A DNA stretch of 64,000 nucleotides from Lingula anatina (lineage: Eukaryota; Animalia; Brachiopoda). Location: positions 28,836,401 through 28,900,400 of the forward strand of contig CM120641.1 of the NCBI GenBank assembly GCA_051362555.1, read 5' to 3'. Below are positions 54,701 through 64,000 of the stretch, one piece after another. Position 1 is the first letter of the stretch, and every line of letters begins with the position of its first letter. A program made the position numbers and the translations under genes. The notes beneath the pieces are model-generated. The model was not told the origin of the DNA. It searched no databases and worked only from the letters and a program-made list of their open reading frames with translations.

Positions 54701-57700
54701 TGCTCATCATCTTCTATGTCCTGTAAAAAGAAATGAAAAAAAAGATTACATTTTTTCAATTTAGCCATCAAACCACTTCAAATAAATGAAATTTACTAAC
54801 CTTAGCGTGGATCCAAGAGTGAAGTCCATGTCCAGGTGGGGTCGCTCATCATCTTCTTTGTCCTGTAAAAAGAAATAAAAAACAAGATTAGATATTTTCA
54901 ATTTACCTATCGCACTTCTGTAAAAAAATAAAATTTACTAACCTTAGCGTGGATCCAAGAGTGAAGTCCATGTCCGTGTGGGGTTGCTCATCATCTTCTT
55001 TGTCCTGTAAAAATGAATGAAAAATAAGATTAGATATTTTCAATTTATCCACCCCACTTCTTCAATAAAATAAAATTTACTAACCTTAGCGTGGATCCAA
55101 GAGTGAAGTCCATGTCCAGGTGGGGTCGCTCATCATCTTCTTTGTCCTGTAAAAAAAATGAAAAACAAGATTAGATTTTTTCAATTTAGCCATCCCACCA
55201 CTTCAAAAAAATCAAAGTATACTAACCTTAGCTTGGATCCAATAGTGAAGTCCATGTCTGGGTGGAGTCGCTCATCTTCTTTGTCCTGTAAAAATAATTG
55301 AAAAACAATATTAGATTCTTTCAATTTACTCGTCCCACCAATTCAAAAAAATAAAATTTACTAACCTTAGCTTGGATCCAAGAGTGAAGTCCATGTCCGG
55401 ATGGGGTCGCTCATCATCTTCTTTGTCCTGGAAAAACAAATGAAAAACAAGATTAGATGTTTTCAATTTATCCATCCCACTTCTTCAATAAAATAAAATT
55501 TACTAACCTTAGTTTGGATCCAAGAGTGATGTCCATGTCTGGGTGGAGTCGCTCATCTTCTTTGTCCTGTAAAAAGAAATGAAAAACAAGATTAGATTTT
55601 TTCAATTTAGCCATCCCACCACTTCAAAAAAGTAAAATTTACTAACCTGAGAGTGGATCCAAGAGTGAAGTCCATGTCCGGGTGGGGTTGCTCATCATCT
55701 TCTTTGTCCTGTAAAAATGAATAAAAAAAAAGATGAGACATTTTCAATTTATCCATCATACATCTTCAAAAAAAATAAAATTTACTAACCTTAGCTTGGA
55801 TCCAAGAGTGAAGTCCAAGTCCGTGTGGGGTCAATCATCATCTTCTTTGTCCTGTAAAAAGAAATGAAAAACAAGATTAGATTTTTTTCAATTTAGCCAT
55901 CCCACCACTTCAAAAAAATCAAAATTTACTAACCTTAGCTTGGATCCAATAGTGAAGTCCATGTCTGGGTGGAGTCGCTCATCTTCTTTGTCCTGTAAAA
56001 ATAAATGAAAAACAATATTAGATTCTTTCAATTTACTCGTCCCACCAATTGAAAAAAATAAAATTTACTAACCTTAGCGTGGATCCAAGAGTGAAGTCCA
56101 TGTCCGGATGGGGTCACTCATCATCTTCTTTGTCCTGTAAAAAGAAATGAAAAACAAGATTAGATATTTTCAATTTACCTATCCCACTTCTGCAAAAAAA
56201 ATTAAATTTACTAACCTTAGCGTGGATCCAAGAGTGATGTCGATGTCTGGGTGGAGTCGCTCATCTTCTTTGTCCTGTAAAAAGAAATGAAAAACAAGAT
56301 TAGATTTTTTCAATTTAGCCATCCCACCACTTCAAAAAAATAAAATTTACTAACCTGAGAGTGGATCCAAGAGTGATGTCCATGTCCGGGTGGGGTTGCT
56401 CATCATCTTCTTTGTCCTGTAAAAATGAATAAAAAAAAAGATGAGACATTTTCAATTTATCCATCCCACTTCTTCAAAAAAAATAAAATTTACTAACCTT
56501 AGCTTGGATCCAAGAGTGAAGTCCATGTCCGTGTGGGGTCGATCATCATCTTCTTTGTCCTGTAAAAAGAAATGAAAAACAAGATTAGATTTTTTTCAAT
56601 TTAGCCATCTCACCACTTCAAAAATAAAATTTACTAACCTTAGCATGGATCCAAGAGTGAAGTCCATGTCTGGGGGGGGGTCGCTCATCATCTTCTTTGT
56701 ACTGTAAAAAAAAATGAAAAACAAGATTAGATTTTTTTCAATTTAGCCATCCCACCACTTCAAAAAAATCAAAATTTACTAACCTTAGCTTGGATCCAAT
56801 AGTGAAGTCCATGTCTGGGTGGAGTCGCTCATCTTCTTTGTCCTGTAAAAATAAATGAAAAACAAGATTAGATTCTTTCAATTTACTCGTCTCACCACTT
56901 CGAAAAAATAAAATTTACTAACCTTAGCTTGGATCCAAGAGTGAAGTCCATGTCCAGGTGGGGTTGCTCATCATCTTCTTTGTCCTGTAAAAAGAAATGA
57001 AAAACAAGATTAGATATTTTCAATTTACTTATCCCACTTCTGCAAAAAAAATTAAATTTACTAACCTTAGCGTGGATCCAAGAGTGAAGTCCATGTCTGA
57101 GGGGGGGGGGTCGCTCATCATCTTCTTTGTCCTGAAAAAATAAATGAAAAACAAGATTAGATTCTTTCAATTTACTCGTCTCACCACTTCATGTCCGGGT
57201 GGAGTCGCTCATCATCTTCTTTGTCCTGTAAAAAGAAATGAAAAACAATATTAGATTTTTTCAATTTACCCATCCCACTTCGCCAATAAAATAAAATTTA
57301 CTAACCTTAGCTTGGATCCAAGAGTGAAGTCCATGTCCGTGTGGGGTTGCTCATCATCTTCTTTGTCCTGTAAAAATGAATGAAAAACAAGATTAGATAT
57401 TTTCAATTTATCCATCCCACTTCTTCAAAAAAATAAAATTTACTAACCTTAGCATGGATCCAAGAGTGAAGTCCATGTCTGGGGGGGGGGGGGTCGATCA
57501 TCATCTTCTTCGTCCTGAAAAAAGAAATTAAAAACAAGATTAGATTTTTTCAATTTACTTGTCCCACCACTGCAAAAAAATAAAATTTACTAACCTTAGT
57601 TTGAATCCAAGAGTGAAGTCCATGTCCGTGTGGGGTTTTTCATCATCTTCTTTGTCCTGTAAAAAGAAATGAAAAACAAGATTACATTTTTTCAATTTAG

Positions 57701-60700
57701 CCATCAAACCACTTCAAATAAATAAAATTTACTAACCTTAGCGTGGATCCAAGAGTGAAGTCCATGTCCAGGTGGGGTCGCTCATCATCTTCTTTGTCCT
57801 GTAAAAAGAAATGAAAAACAAGATTAGATATTTTCAATTTACCTATCCCACTTCTGCAAAAAAAATTAAATTTACTAACCTTAGCGTGGATCCAAGAGTG
57901 AAGTCCATGTCTGGGGGGGGGGGGGGGGGTCGCTCATCTTCTTCTTTGTCCTGAAAAAATAAATGAAAAACAAGATTAGATTCTTTCAATTTACTTGTCC
58001 CACCACTGCAAAAAAAAATAAAATTTACTAACCTTAGTTTGAATCCAAGAGTGAAGTCCATGTCCGGGTGGAGTCACTCATCATCTTCTTTGTCCTGTAA
58101 AAAGAAATGAAAAACAATATTAGATTTTTTCAATTTACACATCCCACTTCTCCAATAAAATAAAATTTACTAACCTTAGCTTGGATCCAAGAGTGAAGTC
58201 CATGTCCGTGTGGGGTTGCTCATCATCTTCTTTGTCCTGTAAAAAGAAATGAAAAACAAGATTACATTTTTTTAATTTAGCCATCAAACCACTTCAAATA
58301 AATGAAATTTACTAACCTTAGCATGGATCCAAGAGTGAAGTCCATGTCCAGGTGGGGTCGCTCATCATCTTCTTTGTCCTGTAAAAAGAAATGAAAAACA
58401 AGATTAGATTCTTTCAATTTACTCGTCCCACCACTTCAAAAAAATAAAATTTACTAACCTTAAAGTGGATCCAAGAGTGAAGTCCATGTCCGGGTGGGGT
58501 CGATCATCATCTTCTATGTCCTGTAAAAAGAAATGAAAAACAAGATTAGATTTTTTTCAATTAACCCATCCCACTTCTTCAATAAAATTAAATTCACTAA
58601 CCTTAGCGTGGATCCAAGAGTGAAGTCTATGTCCGTGTGGGGTCGCTCATCATCTTCTTTGTCCTGTAAAAAGAAATGAAAAACAAAATTAGATTTTTTC
58701 AATTTACTCGTCCCACCACTTCAAAAAAATAAAATTTACTAACCTAAGCATGAATCCAAGAATGAAGTCATTGTCCGGTTGGGGTCGCTCAATATCTTCT
58801 TTGTCCTGTAAAAAGAAATGAAAAACAAAATTAGATATTTTCAATTTACCTATCCCACTTCTTCAAAATAATTAAATTTACTAACCTTAGTTTGGATCCA
58901 AGAGTGAAGTCCATGTCTGGGTGGAGTCGCTCATCTTCTTTGTCCTGTAAAAATAAATGAAAAACAATATTAGATTCTTTCAATTTACTCGTCCCACCAA
59001 TTCAAAAAAATAAAATTTACTAACCTTAGCTTGGATCCAAGAGTGAAGTCCATGTCCGTGTGGGGTTGCTCATCATCTTCTTTGTCCTGTAAAAAGAAAT
59101 GAAAAACAAGATTACATTTTTTTAATTTACTCGTCCCAACAATTGAAAAAAATAAAATTTACTAACCTTAGCTTGGATCCAAGAGTGAAGTCCATGTCCG
59201 GATGGGGTCGCTCATCATCTTCTTTGTCCTGTAAAAAGAAATGAAAAACAAGATTAGATTTTTTCAATTTAGCCATCCCACCAATTCAAAAAAATCAAAA
59301 TTTACTAACCTTAGCTTGGATCCAATAGTGAAGTCCATGTCTGGGTGGAGTAGCTCATCTTCTTTGTCCTGTAAAAATAAATGAAAAACAATATTAGATT
59401 CTTTCAATTTACTCGTCCCACCAATTGAAAAAAATAAAATTTACTAACCTTAGCTTGGATCCAAGAGTGAAGTCCATGTCCGGATGGGGTCGCTCATCAT
59501 CTTCTTTGTCCTGTAAAAAGAAATGAAAAACAAGATTAGATTTTTTCAATTTAGCCATCCTACCACTTCAAAAAAATAAAATTTACTAACCTTAGTATGG
59601 ATCCAAGAGTGAAGTCCATGTCTGGGGGGGGGGGGGGGGGGTCGCTCATCATGTTCTTTGTCCTGAAAAAAGAAATGAAAAACAAGATTAGATTTTTTCA
59701 ATTTAGCCATCAAACCACTTCAAATAAATAAAATTTACTAACCTTAGCGTGGATCCAAGAGTGAAGTCCATGTCCAGGTGGGGTCGCTCATCATCTTCTT
59801 TGTCCTGTAAAAAGAAATGAAAAACAAGATTAGATATTTTCAATTTACTTATCCCACTTCTGCAAAAAAAATTAAATTTACTAACCTTAGCGTGGATCCA
59901 AGAGTGAAGTCCATGTCTGGGGGGGGGGGTCGCTCATCATCTTCTTTGTCCTGAAAAAATAAATGAAAAACAAGATTAGATTCTTTCAATTTACTCGTCT
60001 CACCACTTCAAAAAAATAAAATTTACTAACCTTAGTTTGAATCCAAGAGTGAAGTCAATGTCCGGGTGGAGTCGCTCATCATCTTCTTTGTCCTGTAAAA
60101 AGAAATGAAAAACAAGATTAGATATTTTCAATTTACCCATCCCACTTCTCCAATAAAATAAAATTTACTAACCTTAGCTTGGATCCAAGAGTGAAGTCCA
60201 TGTCCGTGTGGGGTTGCTCATCATCTTCTATGTCCTGTAAAAAGAAATGAAAAAAAAGATTACATTTTTTCAATTTAGCCATCAAACCACTTCAAATAAA
60301 TGAAATTTACTAACCTTAGCGTGGATCAAAGAGTGAAGTCCATGTCCAGGTGGGGTCGCTCATCATCTTCTTTGTCCTGTAAAAAGAAATGAAAAACAAG
60401 ATTAGATATTTTCAATTTACCTATCCCACTTCTGTAAAAAAATAAAATTTACTAACCTTAGCGTGGATCCAAGAGTGAAGTCCATGTCTGGGGGGGGGGG
60501 TCGATCATCATCTTCTTTGTCCTGAAAAAAGAAATTAAAAACAAGATTAGATTTTTTCAATTTTCTTGTCCCACCACTGCAAAAAAATAAAATTTACTAA
60601 CCTTAGTTTGAATCCAAGAGTGAAGTCCATGTCCGGGTGGAGTCGCTCATCATCTTCTTTGTCCTGTAAAAAGAAATGAAAAACAATATTAGATTTTTTC

Positions 60701-63187
60701 AATTTACCCAACCCTCTTCTCCAATAAAATAAAATTTACTAACCTTAGCTTGGATCCAAGAGTGAAGTCCATGTCCGTGTGGGGTTGCTCATCATCTTCT
60801 TTGTCCTGTAAAAATGAATGAAAAACAAGATTAGATTCTTTCAATTTATCCATCCCACTTCTTCAAAAAAATAAAATTTACTAACCTTAGCATGGATCCA
60901 AGAGTGAAGTCCATGTCTGGGGGGGGGGGGGGGGTCGATCATCATCTTCTTTGTCCTGAAAAAAGAAATTAAAAACAAGATTAGATTTTTTCAATTTACT
61001 TGTCCCACCACTGCAAAAAAATAAAATTTACTAACCTTAGTTTGAATCCAAGAGTGAAGTCCATGTCCGTGTGGGGTTTCTCATCATCTTCTTTGTCCTG
61101 TAAAAAGAAATGAAAAACAAGATTACATTTTTTCAATTTAGCCATCAAACCACTTCAAATAAATAAAATTTACTAACCTTAGCGTGGATCCAAGAGTGAA
61201 GTCCATGTCCAGGTGGGGTCGCTCATCATCTTCTTTGTCCTGTAAAAAGAAATGAAAAACAAGATTAGATATTTTCAATTTACCTATCCCACTTCTGCAA
61301 AAAAAATTAAATTTACTAACCTTAGCGTGGATCCAAGAGTGAAGTCCATGTCTGGGGGGGGGGGGGGTCGCTCATCATCTTCTTTGTCCTGAAAAAATAA
61401 ATGAAAAACAAGATTAGATTCTTTCAATTTACTTGTCCCACCACTGCAAAAAAATAAAATTTACTAACCTTAGTTTGAATCCAAGAGTGAAGTCCATGTC
61501 CGGGTGGAGTCACTCATCATCTTCTTTGTCCTGTAAAAAGAAATGAAAAACAATATTAGATTTTTTCAATTTACACATCCCACTTCTCCAATAAAATAAA
61601 ATTTACTAACCTTAGCTTGGATCCAAGAGTGAAGTCCATGTCCGTGTGGGGTTGCTCATCATCTTCTTTGTCCTGTAAAAAGAAATGAAAAACAAGATTA
61701 CATTTTTTTAATTTAGCCATCAAACCACTTCAAATAAATGAAATTTACTAACCTTAGCGTGGATCCAAGAGTGAAGTCCATGTCCAGGTGGGGTCGCTCA
61801 TCATCTTCTTTGTCCTGTAAAAAAAATGAAAAACAAGATTAGATTCTTTCAATTTACTCGTCCCACCACTTCAAAAAAATAAAATTTACTAACCTTAAAG
61901 TGGATCCAAGAGTGAAGTCCATGTCCGGGTGGGGTCGATCATCATCTTCTTTGTCCTGTAAAAAGAAATGAAAAACAAGATTAGATTTTTTTCAATTAAC
62001 CCATCCCACTTCTTCAATGAAATTAAATTCACTAACCTTAGCGTGGATCCAAGAGTGAAGTCCATGTCCGTGTGGGGTCGCTCATCATCTTCTTTGTCCT
62101 GTAAAAAGAAATGAAAAACAAGATTTGATTTTTTCAATTTAGCCATCCTACCACTTCAAAAAAATAAAATTTACTAACCTTAGCGTGGATCCAAGAGTGA
62201 AGTCCATGTCGGGGGGGGGGGGGGGTTGCTCATCATCTTCTTTGTCCTGAAAAAAGAAATGAAAAACAAGATTAGATTCTTTCAATTTACTCGTCCCACC
62301 ACTTCAAAAAAATAAAATTTACTAACCTTAGCTTGGATCCAAGAGTGAAGTCCATGTCCGGGTGGGGTCGCTCATCATATTCTTTGTCCTGTTAAAAGAA
62401 ATGAAAAACAAGATTAGATTTTTTTCAATTTAGCCATCCCACCACTTCAAAAAAATAAAATTTGCTAACCTTAGCGTGGATCCAAGAGTGAAGTCCATGT
62501 CTGGGTGGGGTTGCTCATCATCTTCTTTGTCCTGAAAAAAGAAATGAAAAACAAGATTAGATTTTTTCAATTTTCTCGTCCCACCACTTCAAACAAATAA
62601 AATTTACTAACCTTAGCTTAGATCCAAGAGTGAAGTCCATGTCCGGGTGGGGTCGCTCATCATCTTCTTTGTCCTGTAAAAAGAAATGAAAAACAAGATT
62701 AGATTTTTTCAATTTAGCCATCCCACCACTTCAAAAAAATAAAATTTACTAACCTTAGCGTGGATCCAAGAGTGAAGTCCATGTCTGGGTGGGGTCGCCC
62801 ATCATTTTCTTTGTCCTGAGAAAAGAAATGAAAAACAAGATTAGATTTTTTCAATTTACCTATCCCACTTCTTCAAAAAAATAAAATTTACTAACCTTAA
62901 CTTGGATCGAAGAGTGAAGTCCATGTCCGGGTGGGGTCGCTGATCTTCTTTGTCCTGTTAAAAGAAATGAAAAACAAGATTAGATATTTTCAATTTATCC
63001 ATTCCACTTCTTCAAAAAAATAAAATTTACTAACCTTAGAGTGGATCCAAGAGTGAAGTCCATGTCCGGGTGGGGTCGCTCATCATCTTCTTCGTCCTGT
63101 AAAAAGAAATGAAAAACAAGATTAGATATTTTCAATTTACCCATCCCACTTCTTCAAAAAATAAAATTTACTAACCTTAGCTTGGAT
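45741..63187 (-). repeat. ~142-bp tandem array (about 120 units), each unit an exon+intron-like cassette on the minus strand
   Basis: Minus-strand consensus: ...TCTAATCTTGTTTTTCATTTCTTTTTACAG | GACAAAGAAGATGATGAGCGACCCCACCCGGACATGGACTTCACTCTTGGATCCA(A/C)GCTAAG | GTTAGTAAATTTT... The period is 142 bp (e.g. 47158 to 47300) and most units carry a BamHI site. Copy number is estimated from span/period. Confidence 0.95.
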
Positions 63188-63866
63188 TCTAGAGATAAGA
63201 CAGGTTTTTCAACTGAAGCTATGTTTAAGTCCTATACTTCTTTTCTTTGTTTGATTTTTTAAATTTGGAGAAGTGAAAGTGACATGGTTTTCCTTTAATG
63301 GTCACGGTGGAGGCAGTGCCCAAAATATGGATGGCTTCAGTTTTGATGCAATATTAGATAATGCTTAACAGCATAATGACCATCAAGTTTTAATAATCAA
63401 ATAAAAGTATAATGTTTATTCAACAAATTTGACATGGATATGTCTTCAAGGTCATAAAAGTTCAGAGTCACACCTTCAAAATACCAAAATGTAAACAAGA
63501 GATAACTGTATTGAAATGATTTTTTTCCCATTTTTAACACCTTTTTTTACATAAAACAAAATGAGCAATTTACTGGCATTTTTAAATGATCAACTAAGAA
63601 AATTGTTGACATAGGAAATATATCAATAGAACAATTTCAAATGTCCTATTTGCTCCATTCTGAGATTCTGAACATAGTGAATGATTGAATCTGACAAACT
63701 GTAAAGATGTGTTTATTTCCATTTTTGAAACCTTATTTTATCATCATTTTTATTTAATCAACTAACAATATTGTTAAGATTCAGAAAATGTCAAAAGAAC
63801 ACCTTTATATATCTAATTAATTAAAAAATGAGACTGTTACAGACACATGTGTCTGTACATAAAAAC
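63188..63866 (+). mobile_element. Internally deleted copy of the HINE-like element found at 18.3-21.2 kb
   Basis: Shares collinear blocks with ~19620-20270 (GCAGTGCCCAAAATA, GCATAATGACCATC, GTCACACCTT, CTCCATTCTGAGATTCTGAACATAGTG, GAGACTGTTA) and the terminal palindrome TACAGACACATGTGTCTGTACATAAAAAC. Confidence 0.75.
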
Positions 63867-64000
63867 AATACACAAAAGGGAAAAACACTCACTCACACTT
63901 GAGAGAAAATGCACATCAGCCTTAGAAGAGAAACACGACAACCAAACAAGCGTGACCTAAATATGGCATATGAAGGTTTTGGTTCTAGCCTCAAAGGGCA

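Noticed and set aside
45741-63187. CRISPR array or protein-coding tandem repeat gene
   Set aside because: There are no unique spacers, whole monomers are homologous, the context is eukaryotic and no cas genes are present. Serial splicing of 62-nt exons hits stop codons within two exons. The listed ORFs (DKEDDERPH...) simply read through intron-like sequence.
46400-63187. snoRNA or miRNA cluster hosted in the repeated introns
   Set aside because: The box C-like ATGATGA lies in the exon with no consistent CTGA box D partner. The 80-nt intron shows no convincing long hairpin or H/ACA layout by eye.

Overview
AT-rich, intron-containing animal genomic DNA. It is probably an invertebrate such as a mollusc, inferred from repeat architecture and not proven. 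Three spliced protein-coding genes can be reconstructed exon by exon. (1) An EFCAB6-like multi-EF-hand gene (+, 3138-12148, 15 exons, ~921 aa) with RFX X-box-like motifs upstream. (2) UBXN8 (-, 33289-15121, 7 coding exons, ~278 aa, plus a probable 3'UTR intron), whose large introns are packed with non-autonomous DNA transposons and Helentron/HINE-like elements. (3) S-adenosylmethionine synthetase (MAT, +, 33652-40819, 9 exons, ~417 aa), head-to-head with UBXN8 and carrying a duplicated alternative first coding exon. The most unusual feature is a ~17.5 kb tandem array (~45.7-63.2 kb) of roughly 120 ~142-bp units. On the minus strand each unit reads as a complete splicing cassette: branch point, polypyrimidine tract and CAG, then a 62-nt exon, then an AG|GTTAGT donor and an ~80-nt intron. 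The array has higher-order repeats, a divergence gradient, and a HINE-like element fused to its upstream end.
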